The notes under the pieces are model-generated. The model saw nothing but the letters and a program-made list of their open reading frames with translations. It was not told where the DNA came from and ran no database searches. Below, piece by piece: positions 25,488-37,481 of a stretch of DNA of 64,000 nucleotides. The position numbers and the translations under genes are program-made. Position 1 is the stretch's first letter. Each line of letters opens with the position of its first letter. Source of the DNA: Octopus sinensis (taxonomy: Eukaryota); assembly GCF_006345805.1 (NCBI RefSeq), contig NC_042997.1, positions 59,706,001 through 59,770,000 of the forward strand, given 5' to 3'.

Positions 25488-26150
25488 TTCATTTTTAGTT
25501 TCTGTTCTAGTGTGTTCCAAGAGTTTGTGGAAGCTTTCTTTCATTTCAGAAACTGACGAATTCAACTTTTCTGGATAAAGCTGAACGATAGTGGTGTTAA
25601 CATTAGAGTTTGTAATAATAAGGCCAGGTACATCTTCTGTTTGATTGCTGAATGGCATCCATTCATTAAATGTTTGGTGATTTATTAAACTATAGCGAGT
25701 AGAAGCTGTTGGATTATCTTGCTTAACATATTTTGTAAATGTAGAGAATCCTAAATCAGGATTGCTCACATCCCAGCCTATGGATTTCTTTGTATCAAAT
25801 TGTGATCCATATTCATTATGGGAAGTATTCATTGGATACTTTTCCAAATTGTTTAGTGTTTTAAAAGTCGTTGATTCTTGACTACAGTCTGCCATTGTCT
25901 TCTCTTTGCTTTGAAACAAAGGAGTGGTGAAACATAAACTGTATTGATGATCAATATTACAATCTGACTTACTAGTAAAATCAGTGCCATTTAATTTGGG
26001 TGAAAGTCTTTGACATATCTTTGATTCAAATTGTTGCACCATGGATTTCACTTTATCTTTTATATCGGTGACAGATTCTTCAGGAGATTTGTCATCTGTT
26101 GGTGACTGCATTATTTTCTTGGTGCTTGAAGTGTTAACACTTTTATTCAG
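25488..26150 (-). CDS. Host gene exon (663 nt, phase 0 to 0)
   Basis: Acceptor ttgttatttataag, donor GAA|gtaagt; 221 open codons LNKSVNTSSTKKIMQSPTDD...RTETKNE. Confidence 0.85.
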
Positions 26151-27305
26151 CTTATAAATAACAAAAAGTGAAATAAAAATAGAAAGTTAAAAAAATAACA
26201 AGAGCAAAAAGAACCAACAGACTGAATATTGTTAAACAGTACTCATTTAATATATGCTTTGCAAATACATAGCCTTATATTGATTTCTAGCAGTGGCACA
26301 AGGCCATACATTTTGGGAAAGAAGTAATTTAATTGACATTAGTACATAAGCATTATTTTAACATCATCTTTACAGCTGTGGTTCTCAGCCTTATGTAGCT
26401 CAGTGTGCTCATTCACTGAATCATATTTACAAGCACCCTTTCCTCATGCTTAGCATAGAAAAGGTAAGATATTTTAATCAAACAGAAGCTAATTTTCTTG
26501 TAGCTTGCCATCTAGCATGTTCTTTTTAAGATATTTCTATAGACTAGTACTTCCTCGAGTTAAAATTTTTCAGAAAATTACTAAAGGCAAAGGCTTGTAC
26601 TGGAATTTGGTGTTTCATAAATTCTATTTCTGCTAATTGATAAATATGTCATTCATATTTTAATCCCTAAGAAGTTTTTTTTTTCCTGAATTATATTTTA
26701 TTTTGCTTGTAAACAGGTGACAATAAGAGCATCCAGCTACAGAAAATTTGTCCCAAATTCTGGAAAAGTGGATATTGAAACAATAAGAAAAATCACAACT
26801 CCTGTGAGCATCCAACGTCTCCTACACTTTACTAAAAATAACAGCATCCCAATCTCCGTTAAAAATAGAAAAGACACACTGGATAATGTACAGGAGGGTC
26901 ATGGTTAGACTGCTTTAACATAGATTTGCCTGATCAGGTCCAATCAAGCACTTAATTTTATCAATGACTATTTCATTTGTTTGCAGTGTTGAGTTCAAGG
27001 TTACTCATAAAGAGAGGTCCTTCGTGACTGGTTTATCCTAATCTACATTAGATGCAGTGCATTATGGGACTCCACCCAGTACTTGAGTAAAAAAATTGGA
27101 TTACACAAAACTAAAATTTATGACTGATGAAGGAAAAAAAAACCACTTAATTCCTAGCTCCATATACATTGTAGATTAAGGCACAGACATGGTAAGAAGT
27201 TTGCTTTCCAACCACATAGTTCCCAGTTAAGTCCCACTGTGTGTATACCTTGGGCAAGAATCTTCTACAATAGCCTGGGGCTAACCAAAGCCTTTTGATA
27301 GATGG

Positions 27306-27310
<5 letters not shown>

Positions 27311-27376
<66 letters not shown>

Positions 27377-27387
27377 TGTGTGTGTGT
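27311..27387. repeat. (GT)n microsatellite at the tail of an S2 SINE
   Basis: Direct inspection; follows the SINE at 27185-27310. Confidence 0.95.
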
Positions 27388-29407
27388 ATAATAAATCACA
27401 AGTTATGACAAATGAGATAGACCTCATACCAGAAACAGAACTATTATTGAATGATACAAGCATGGAGACTTGCATTCTGGACTAAGTTTCTGAATCAACA
27501 ATTCAATTATCATTACAAGTCATCAGCTATTACAAGTCCAGTATACATGAATTATGAAAACACTATGCATGTGTGGGGGTATGTATTTTGTCATCTCAAC
27601 ATCATGTGATAGTTGTGTTATTATCATGCAAGCAGTATCTGTTGACAATCTTCCATGGAAACATGTCTGGTCATAGGCAAACATTACCTTGTGTGGACAC
27701 AGGTGAAGGTTGGTGACAGGAAGGACATCCAACTATAGAAAATTTGCCTTAAATTCTGTCTGACCCATACAAGTATGGAACACCAGATGTTAAAACACAT
27801 AATGATGAGTAGCTTCTAAATTAATGATTCATTTCAAAAAGCTATCTCAAATATGATTTCTACAAGTGATAATTCCAAATTGTTTAAAGTAAAACGAGTG
27901 CCTTCCAAGAAAGGTTTGAATTCCCTCTCTGTTAGGAGGCACAAGCACTTACACACTTGGCAGTAACTTTCACCTACAAAATTCAATTACAAAGCTTTGG
28001 TTGGCTATAGCAGAAGACACTTGTCCAAGGTGCCACACAGTGAGACTGAACCAGAAACCATATAGCTGGAAAGCAAGCTTCCTAACCACACAGCTATGCC
28101 TGTGGATAAAATTATGATGTATAGCTGAATCACCATTGTTTTGACATCTATTCTTCAATGACTGCATGAGTTAGAAGGAATTTGTTGAAGCAGATATTCT
28201 ATGGCAGGGTGCCTTTCTTATTGGCAATCCTCATCTATTTTTAAGAAAGGTAACACTATTTACAATTACAGCACAGTATTATAAGGAGACGTCTATCTCT
28301 CATTCACACACAACAGAATTGAGATCCTAAAACCAAGGTGCTACATAGAAAACACTGGTGTAAGTGCTGATGCCATATAAAAAGCATGCAGTACACTATG
28401 GAGTGGTTGACATTAGGAAGGGCATCCAGCTATAGAACAAAACCAAAACAGACTATGGAACCTAGTGTGGCCCCTGACCTTGCCAGTTCCTGTCATGCTG
28501 TCCAACCCATGCCAGCATGGAAAACTAACATTAAATTCTGCCATGCGCATGCATACACACACACATCTACATATGCATGTATACCAATATCTAGATGCAT
28601 GCATATATATCATGACCTTCTTTCAGTTGCCATCTACCAAATCCACTCACAGGGCTTTGATATGTGTAGGGCTATAGTAGAAAACACTTGCTTAAAATGT
28701 CATGCAGCAGGACTGAACCTGAAATCATCTGGTTGGGGAGCAAACTTCTCAACCACACACCCATGTCTATAAAAGTCAGTTTAGCACTTTCCTGCTTCCG
28801 ATAATGTGTAGTCACTAAATATACATAATTTCTAACATAAGTACAAGAGCAGAACTTTTGTATGTAGATAGGAGTAATCAAATCAACTCTGCACTGGATT
28901 GGCATTTCATTTTATCAATCCTGGAAGAATGAAAGGCAAAATTAACCTAGGCAGAGTTTGAACTTAGAATGTAAAGGGTAGGAACAAATAGTCTAATCAT
29001 TCTTATTTCTTTATTGCCCACAAGGGGCTAAACAGAGGGGACAAACAAGGACAGACAAAGGGATTAATTTGATTACATTGACTCCAGTGCGTAACTGGTA
29101 CTTAATTTATCGACCTTGAAAGGATGAAAGCCAAAGTCAACCTCGACGGAATTTGAACTCAGAATGTAACAGTAGATGAAATGCCACTAAGCATTTCGCC
29201 CAGCCTGCTCACATTTCTGCCTCTCATTGACATACATTAAAGTACTTTTGTTAAACTTTGTATCATGATCAGAAAATACTTTGTCTACATTACTCAGATG
29301 TCTAGTGATATATTTTTTTTTATACTTGTCAGGGAGGGAAGGTAAATCTCTATGATCCTTTATTTTACAAGGCCTTTGAGACTGGTGGAGAGAAAGGAAG
29401 TTGTCAT

Positions 29408-29632
29408 CAAATCTTTCTGATACCAACCCACCTGAAACTACCCTTAATTCTATAATATAAATACGGTTTTAAAATGATCTAAGTCCAAACCTTCCATCAG
29501 AATTTCATGTTAATTTATGCTCCAAACACTACCTTAATAATGACAAAGTAATTTTAGTAAATTATTTATTTTCAAAATTTATTGAAACTAAGGCAATGTA
29601 TTTTAACAGAAATATGGTAATAAAAGGGTTAA
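29408..29632 (+). mobile_element. piggyBac-type MITE family B
   Basis: Ends AAAAGGG-TTAA; body (CCACCTGAAA...) resembles 59498-59739; left end decayed. Confidence 0.5.
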
Positions 29633-29772
29633 ATACTTGCAATAGAGTGAATTCTGCTAAAGGCACTCAAGGATCGGACAATGGTGTTAAACCAGACAAC
29701 AGATTAAATGTCATCTAATGTAGTAAAAAAAAACGGATAGTAAACTTTAATATTAAAGTAAGAAAATATTAC

Positions 29773-29920
29773 CTTTTCTCTTTGAAGGATCATCTCGCGT
29801 ACTGATTGAATGCTGTTATTTTCAAATGAAGAATGGCCTTCATTTGTAGGAGTCAATGAATTGTGGTGATCAGTGGAACTTTTGTAACTGAGTGAAGCAT
29901 CTTCATCATGAAGACTCATC
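29773..29920 (-). CDS. Host gene exon (148 nt, phase 2 to 0)
   Basis: Acceptor gttctttttag, donor AAG|gtaata; peptide MSLHDEDASLSYKSS...EMILQREK; in phase with the next exon. Confidence 0.8.
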
Positions 29921-30056
29921 CTAAAAAGAACATTAGAGATAAATTTAGAATTAATATACAGAGTATGGTCACCAGTGAAATAAAGAGTGGACTTATGATG
30001 ATCTGTCTGATGTAGCTTCAATTCCTATTGTGGCTATTTCATTTAAACTCTTAAAA

Positions 30057-30278
30057 CAATGGTTCTCAATTGGGATCCATATAAGATTTTGTTAACATTT
30101 ATGTGAAATAGTTTAGACTTCTACAATACACAAAATAAAATTTTTTAATACAATTTCTAATATCTCATAAAAATACAGTAAGGTTTTTTTTCTTATTTAT
30201 ATTGAATGGCTATGGCAGTCTAGTAGAATAAAATAGGAATCAAGGGGTCCATTGGCAAAAAATGGTTGAGAATCATGA
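30057..30278. mobile_element. hAT-type MITE
   Basis: CAATGGTTCTCAA...TTGAGAATCATGA flanked by the 8-bp repeat TCTTAAAA. Confidence 0.55.
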
Positions 30279-30339
30279 TCTTAAAATAACCTGACATTAT
30301 GCTTACTGAAAAAAAACAAAAAAAAAAAACACTTAAAAT

Positions 30340-30860
30340 ATATTGTCAAATGCCATGCAGGGCAAGACCTTCTAGCCAAACCTCCAACTCGAGTATAATA
30401 TTCATTCCATCAACCACTCTACATCATGGGATTCTTTCCTCAGATGAAAACCTTCATCCCAATTTGATGGAAAAGTGCAGTAATCTGGAAACAAAAGACA
30501 CTAAAGCGCAAGAAAGAATCTGTTTATCAATGAACTGTATGTAGCCATCGTCTGACACTTTGAACTGCAAGCAGCTCCCAGGTTTCTGGCTGAAGTGACA
30601 AGGTTAGCACAGGAGAATGTGTCAACATGTGGCAGCCCAGACAAGTAACTTTCTCCACTGAATGGGGAAAAGAGTTAACCCATCTGGACACCTACCACTG
30701 CTATGGTTAATTCCAACAGGAAACCAGTAGTATTGAGGCTCCTTTTAGTAACATCATTTAGTCAGAGATGATGAGGGGAACCCACTACATTGTGGTGATG
30801 AGGAAGTATGTGCAGTCCAAACTGATTGACAGTAACTCAACAACTCAACTTTTATGTAGC
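30340..30860 (-). mobile_element. CRE-clade non-LTR retrotransposon 3' remnant (restriction-like endonuclease)
   Basis: VNQFGLH...LNDVTKRSL...GRCPDGLTLFPFS...VDTFSCANL..SA...VEWL matches the CRE pattern LNDVIKR..RPDGLTL.P...W..T.VDT. Confidence 0.62.
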
Positions 30861-33481
30861 TACGTAGCTTACAGACAGAGACCAAAGCCAGAGTAAATCT
30901 ATACATGTAAACTCATAGTCGTGAAGAGTGCTAGTTACTGTAAGGAGTAACAGATCGAGCCAAAAACCAGTTTGGCTGTGAGATAATCCGGAGGCAGAAG
31001 GGACAGTACTGGTTGTAAGATAGAATCCTCAACTGATATTGTTCCAATCACTTGATTAGCTGCTTCCTGGGGGACAGTAAAAGCATTGTTAGCCTATCTC
31101 ATACTAACAGTCCACATTAGGCTTAGATGTATTAGAGAACTTAGGCAGTGCAGGATAGATGGACCAGTAATGCTGAGTTAGATAAATAACAGCCAAACCA
31201 AGTTTTACTTGCTGCTAGTGGCAGGTAAATTTCGCACACAAATGATAGCATCCAAATGTTTTTGTATGAACTGTGCAGCAAAAAGGAAAACAAAAAGTGG
31301 GTATTTTAGGAGAGTAAAAGTAATCCTTAAACACAAAGAAGAGTTGGACAAGAATCAATCAAGAGTAATCTGTTGGTCATACTTGCCAATACTAATTATT
31401 AGCAGCCAATGGTTATATTTATATCACATGTACCAGAAAATATCAAATATTCTGCTACCACTTTAACTACAGAACTAAAACAATCTATTTGAGATATTTA
31501 TATTTTCTTTGAGTTTATCTGCTGCATTCTACATATAGGTACGATTTTTCTTTGGTTTATCTGCTGCATTCTACCTATAGGTACGATTTTATACAAGAAA
31601 GAAATAAGGTAAAGGACCATGAGATACATGGAAAGTGAAATTTAGTCTAGGTATAGAACCAAATTTGCTGCTGTTACTTCAACACTTACAATTCACAATT
31701 ATTCTATTTGCATGAGCATTTAGAGAGATATTAAACCTAAATTGGTTACAGCAACAGTCTGCAACAGTGAATGATATAGAGAGGTTGACCACAGGTTTTA
31801 AAGTTTGCAAAAGTTATCTAACAGCTTGCTATGGATTATCAAGAACAGTTATGACGAGCTTATTTTACTAGCATCTGGGCAGTATTGATCAAAAAGACCA
31901 TATTTGCTCCACAACCATGGCCGCAAGTCAAATTAGTACAGTAGCAATTAAGCAGCAATTAGAGTTGATTTGACAAGTTAAGAAACATGTTTACTTGTTT
32001 GCAAAAATCATGTATTGATTTGGACCTCTGTTTGCATTTTGTGCCTGGATTTTCTTAGAGGGAAAAAAATCTATTATCGATTAGTCAAGAATGTAAGAAA
32101 ATATATACTTTGAATAGTTTCTTAGTTGACCTAAATACTAATTAAACAAAAGGTATCAACAGAAGGGGTAGCGTGTGCACAACCTTTTGGCTTTCTGAAA
32201 GTAAGCAAAATGAAATAACTAAAGCCGAGAATCAAAACAATATGACCAGACTATGGTGCCCATAACTATGTGGAGCTATGTTCATTGGTTTTAACTATTG
32301 ATTTCTCAATACATTCAAGAGGAGAAATGAACAAAACTGATGTGTATATACAAACTCGCACATAGAATGGTATCTTTTGATGTGGAATAAAGATATATTT
32401 TTTAAATAGGAAGATAGGACGATTATGCCCTTGATAGTATTTGTATTATATACAAAGTGTTTTCAGTTAGAAGTGGTAACTAGAGGTATTTACCACTTGA
32501 TCAATTGACTTTCGCTTAATAAAACAACTTCACACTTAAGTTTATAGATATTATCAAACACCTACTTAATGCATGTGCTTTGCTCGTTCATATTTGAATT
32601 TAAGTTTATAGAGTCAATTATTTGACCCCAGGTCAGCCTTAGCAGTCCTATGATCAAAGGCATTGAAGCTATAACCAATGTCATTCTTTTACAGTGTAAA
32701 GAGGATGTCACCGTATGACATAACCTTAAAAGGAAAAATTGCAGGGTGTCATATAAAGATGTTTGACTTACTATTAGTAAAGTAGAGTGACTGATGTTCT
32801 GGCTTTCTTTTTGACTTGACCTTGTTTCATATTTCAGTAAGAAAAAAAAAAAAAGAAAAAAACTTATCCTCTGCATACTACTAACTATAAAGAAATCCTG
32901 AAGGGAATTAGATCATTATTGCCAGGAATGTAATGGGCAAATTTAAAGACCCAGTCTTCAGTGACTCAATATAAAATATATATATATATATATATATGGG
33001 ATCTGGACAAAAGCTACATAATGTGAAAGTGGATAAAAGCCCCATGGTTATATTTGTTTTTTTTTTCTCTTTTTACTTGTTGCAGGTATTAGACTGGTCA
33101 TGTTGGTGCACCACCTTGAATTTTTAGTCGATTGTATCGACCCCAGAATATTGTTGGGGTGATTTTCAACAAGCAAATGAAGTTAAGCCTAGAAGGTCTC
33201 TCCACATGCTAGAAATAATAACCAAATCTTAAATTTTTTTTTATAATTTCGTGTAAACAAAAACGGAAATCGTGGTTATAAAAACAAAACTTATTTTCCA
33301 AAATTCCAATTTTAAGTAAACAAAATATATTGGCGCACATGGTGGAGACGTAACCCTCCCACTTTATTAAAAAAAAAAATTTTATTTACGGAAATCCACG
33401 TTTTCGGATATGAAAATATTCCAATTTTGGAAAAAAAAAAGGGCCAAATTCGCAACTTCAAAATTTCACATTATTTACATT

Positions 33482-33716
33482 CGACAGATATTTGACTTCA
33501 TCTTGTTTGTTGTTAACACGTTTCAGCTGATATACCCTCCAGCCTTCTTCAGGTGTCTTGGGGGAAATTTCGAACCTGGGTTCTCTTTCCTAAGGTATTT
33601 TTCGATATTATTATTATTGTTCAGGTTACTGCTTGGAATCGAACTCGGAATCTTGGGGTTAGTAGCCTGCACTTTTAACCACTACGCCATATGCCCACGG
33701 GCATATGGCGTATTGG
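33482..33716 (-). mobile_element. Small non-autonomous element: 5' palindrome, tRNA-like Pol III head and hammerhead motif
   Basis: 18-bp inverted arms 33679-96 / 33699-716; A-box TGGCGTAGTGG, B-box GAGTTCGATTCC; downstream CTGAAGA-A-GGCTG-loop-CAGCT-GAAACGT. Confidence 0.72.
33510..33558 (-). ncRNA. Minimal type I hammerhead ribozyme motif, probably inactivated
   Basis: Core CUGAAGA, 5-bp stem II, GAAA, palindromic stem III ACGU. Position 17 is G (non-cleaving) and the 3' strand of stem I is defective. Confidence 0.5.
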
Positions 33717-34384
33717 TGACACAAATTTCCCATCCAACCGCAAATATCGGAATGTAATAAAAAAAAAAAAATTGGACGTATAAATGTGCATACTGTCACA
33801 CATCACATATCTACAAAGTAAAACGAAATTTTGAAAAAAGAATTCCAATTTTTCTCATAGTTAAGAGAAAAAGTGGAGTGAGGACACTAGTGTAGGTATG
33901 CCTAAGAGAAAATTCAAATCGAAATCAGGTCCTCAAACTGTAACACATCGCTAAAAAATCAGTTATCTAGAAAACCCTGCTATCACTATATTCAAAGCGA
34001 GATTTGACAAATATATCCCAAAATGATTTATCTGAAGTTGACAATCACACAAAACTCAAAAGAAAAATCTAAAAGGGATTGACAAAGACCAAACCTCAGA
34101 AGATTCTAATAAAAATTAGAAATGCTAAAGAAATAAATTTCTATAAACATTCACAGCAAATTAATTTTCGCTGGAAATCGAAAGTAGCTCGCAAACTTCC
34201 TTGATCGAGAACACTTATCTCTCGTTTTACGTACCCACAACTCAGATTTAATATTAAATTAGAAACAAATTCAGCCGAGATCCACTTTGCCTTTCATTCT
34301 TTTGGGGTCCATGTTATTGGCTTACATCCTCACCTGAAATTCCTGGCCTTGTGCCAAAATTTGAAACCAATACGAAATTAAAAA

Positions 34385-34580
34385 GCAGCAGAATTGTTAG
34401 CATGTCAGGCAAAATGCTAAGCGGCATTTCCAACTCAATACGTTCAAATCCTGTTGAGACCAACTTTGCTTTCATCCTTCGGGATCGATAAAATAGGAAT
34501 ACCACTAAGGCAGCAGTGTCGATGTAATCGACTTTCTTCCTTTCCTCAAAATTGCTGGCCTTGTGCCAACGTTTGAAACA
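34385..34580 (+). mobile_element. S1 SINE copy
   Basis: GCAGAATTGTTAGCATG...GTTCAAATCC...CTTTCATCCTTCGGGATCGATAAA; same family as 43433-43662. Confidence 0.7.
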
Positions 34581-34789
34581 ATATTAGAGACAGAGTTGCT
34601 GCAAATGATGGCAACCAGATTTAATGATTTGTACTAAATTCCACATAGGTCAACACCGTCTTTCTTTTGTAGTCGATAAAATCATTCAAGATATTATTTT
34701 CCTAGAAATAAATAGCTTCGGTACGAGTGGAAGAATTATTTGTAATGTGTATGAAACGCAACGGCTGAGAAAAAGTATTGCATATTCAG

Positions 34790-35300
34790 CTTGTATTGGC
34801 AGAGAAGAGCAAAAGCTTGATCATTACATTACTTCGTCGAGAACATGCTTCGTTGCCACCGTTCAATATTTTAAGAGAATGCCTGGTTACCAGATTATTG
34901 TTGTGAAAATGGGACAAAAAGAGAAATATAAAAAACCTGGTCGTTAAGTCTTACGAGATGCTTGGACGAGGTTAATGACTTGAAGACAATAGTGACTTTG
35001 AAGTTACCCTTCTGTTTCCAATTAACGTTGCTTAAACGAAAGCATAAAACTTCCTTTACAAACGAGTTCATAGGAGCCTATAGATGGTTATTCCACCTGC
35101 CAGAAACAGTCAAATCTTCCTCAAATACATTGTATTTAAAAATAAGGGCAATAGATAATGTAGTCCTAGATACTCATAAAAAAGACTGGATTGTTAAATG
35201 TGGAATACCTTTGATCATAGGTCCATTCAGAGATGTCCTGGAGGTTAGTAACTATAGACGAGTACACAGTATTATATATGTTCTTGTAAATCAAGATTAA
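34790..35300 (+). mobile_element. Heavily decayed Tc1/mariner-superfamily transposase remnant
   Basis: FTNE.., IDGY and VKCGIPLIIGPF resemble the FSDE..DGY and VWCGI..IIGPFF motifs; no TIRs found. Confidence 0.33.
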
Positions 35301-35399
35301 TGTTCATGTTCTTTAGGTCATGTAATAAAAAAAAATACTTAGGTGGACGTAAAGAATGTGGGCCGCGCCTTTTTTTTTTTTTACAGAACCCATTCTCGA

Positions 35400-35615
35400 G
35401 GAGATTCTGATTCTGCAAAAAAACAAAAAAAAATTTAATCTCACCCCCAATTCTTCAATTTTTTATAAATTCTTTTTTGCGAAATACGTAGAAAAATACG
35501 AAGGAGATTACTCCGTATTTTACAAATTTCCGAAATATGTGAAAATTAAAGAATTTGGGGAGAGGGGGGAAATTAAAATTTTAAAATGCCGTGTTTTTGC
35601 AGAATCAGAATCTCC
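35400..35615. mobile_element. MITE-like segment with 22-bp perfect inverted ends
   Basis: GGAGATTCTGATTCTGCAAAAA at 35400-21 and its reverse complement at 35594-615; related sequence near 39985-40060. Confidence 0.6.
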
Positions 35616-36369
35616 GCCAAACAGTTATAGGGGAGTGTTTTAACCAGACATTATTTTTAAAAGGAAGAGTATGTTGTAAATAAAATATACTCAAATGTGT
35701 TTCTACAACGACGTAAAAAGGTGGGGGTGGGGGTTAAAACAATGTTATAAGCTAACTATGAAATTTGAACTCAGAATAGCTATGTATTACAATTTCGACC
35801 AAATTTCACATCCATCTGCGAATATCCTTCTGGCAGTGGGAAATTAGACGTAGACCAAAATGCTTTTCACGAATATATCGTGTCACCGAATTAGTTTTGA
35901 GAGTCATTAACTAGGCTCACAATTTTACTCATTGTCACACGGCTTTCATTACAAGTACTATTTTGATAGATTCAAATAATCATAAGAACATTCTCCTAGC
36001 ACTCACTGATTTTGGGTAATGTGTGTATATATATATATGTGAATTATTTCCTTTTTTTTTTTATAAGAATACGTACGAAGTATAAGTTTTATTTCTGTGA
36101 CTATCTTGTGTATACTTTCGGTTAGTTGAATCTCCAGAAATTTGATCTTTTTAAAAGGAAATTCTTAACTGAAAACCAGCATGTTTTAATGAATTATTTT
36201 TTTCTACAAGGAATAAAAATTAGTTAATTTTATAAATGAATGATACAAACTTATTGGGTGACAATATGGAGAAATTATTTTAGAACACTGGTGGAGGGAG
36301 GGAGGCTGGTTCGTAGTTCTCTATTAAATGTTCAACTTCCTTAAACTTTAAAATGGAATACAATTTTTG

Positions 36370-37056
36370 AGGTGCTAATGCAGTTTCGTACCGCTCCTTG
36401 AAAAATGTATTGTTTTGAAAATATTTTTTTCGAATTCCTACGTTTTAGATGTCGGAGATTACGCATATGAGAAAAAAAAAAAAAATTTTAGATTTCATCT
36501 CCACCCCGAATTTGAAATTTTGATTTTTAATTTGAAGAGATTATAGCGAATTGACGAACATATGCAAATCGAAATTAAATATAGACAAAAACATTAAAGT
36601 GAAAAGGGTTTGCTTTTTCACTGATTTGCCTTAATCTTTTTCAGCCATTTATTTATTTGTCCGTCTATTTATACATATCCGTTTATATCTCTTTATACAC
36701 ATAACTATATACTTATTGAATTTAAAATTTTGAAAACGTGGTTTCTTGCATATTCAGAATCTGTCATCGAAAACACAGGAACCCGCTGAAAAAGGAAAAA
36801 AAGTCGGAAAGGTTTGTGTGTGTGTGTGGGGGGGGGGTAACTATGCGTGCGGTCCACCGGAGAGGTGAGGTGAAAGTTGAAAAATTTAAAATTTGGGAGG
36901 TTGAGGTGGGCATTTTAAATTTGGTAAAAGTTCAAAATTTTTCTTTTTTGTGCATATTCGTAATCTCCGACATCTAAAAAAAAAAAACGTAAGAATCCGA
37001 CAAAATATTTTTTTTTAAATGCATTTTTCAAGATGTGCAAAACTGCATTAGCCCCA
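36370..37056. mobile_element. MITE-like element with ~100-bp imperfect inverted ends
   Basis: GCTAATGCAGTTT...TAGATGTCGGAGATTACG at 36374-36470 mirrored at 36950-37052. Confidence 0.6.
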
Positions 37057-37481
37057 TTTTTTTTTTACCAATAGACAATACAAAACAACATAAATGGAAA
37101 AAAGAAGTCAATTTTTTAGCGCCACCTTCGTTAACGTAACAATGGTTTTCCTACCTGTATTGCTATTGTCTCGAATAGGTCTATAAAATTTCTAAGAATA
37201 ATAATGAATAAGTACTTTTATCTTAACTTGTAGTAGTTATCTTTACTGACTAAATATCAGCTAAATATCATCCTCCATATTGTTTCTTTATGTTACATAA
37301 TTCACATTTATTTGATTACTCTTTATTAGCCTTAAGACATATTCTTTAAATGCACGTGCAACACGTGACTATTGGGGAATGGTCGATGTTTTCAGAAGGA
37401 GAATAGGAAGCAGCCGGTAAGAAAAGGAAAAGGAAGAAACCAGGTAAAACACAGAACCTAACGCTAACCCTACAGACGCCG

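Noticed and set aside
27120-27145. CTGATGA hammerhead core
   Set aside because: No stem II or GAAA follows; the same applies to CTGATGA at about 53236, which is the RT ADD motif.
31503-31590. ~42-bp tandem duplication (similar small duplications at 1895-1975 and 39370-39460)
   Set aside because: Ordinary local slippage duplications with no further structure.
31740-31930. ACYG-containing transposase-like peptide (also 48780-48890)
   Set aside because: Too short and degenerate to assign.
37456-37472. Telomeric repeat (CCTAACGCTAACCCTA; also TAGGGTTAGGGG near 41466)
   Set aside because: Only two to three degenerate units, too short to call an interstitial telomere; mentioned only as context.
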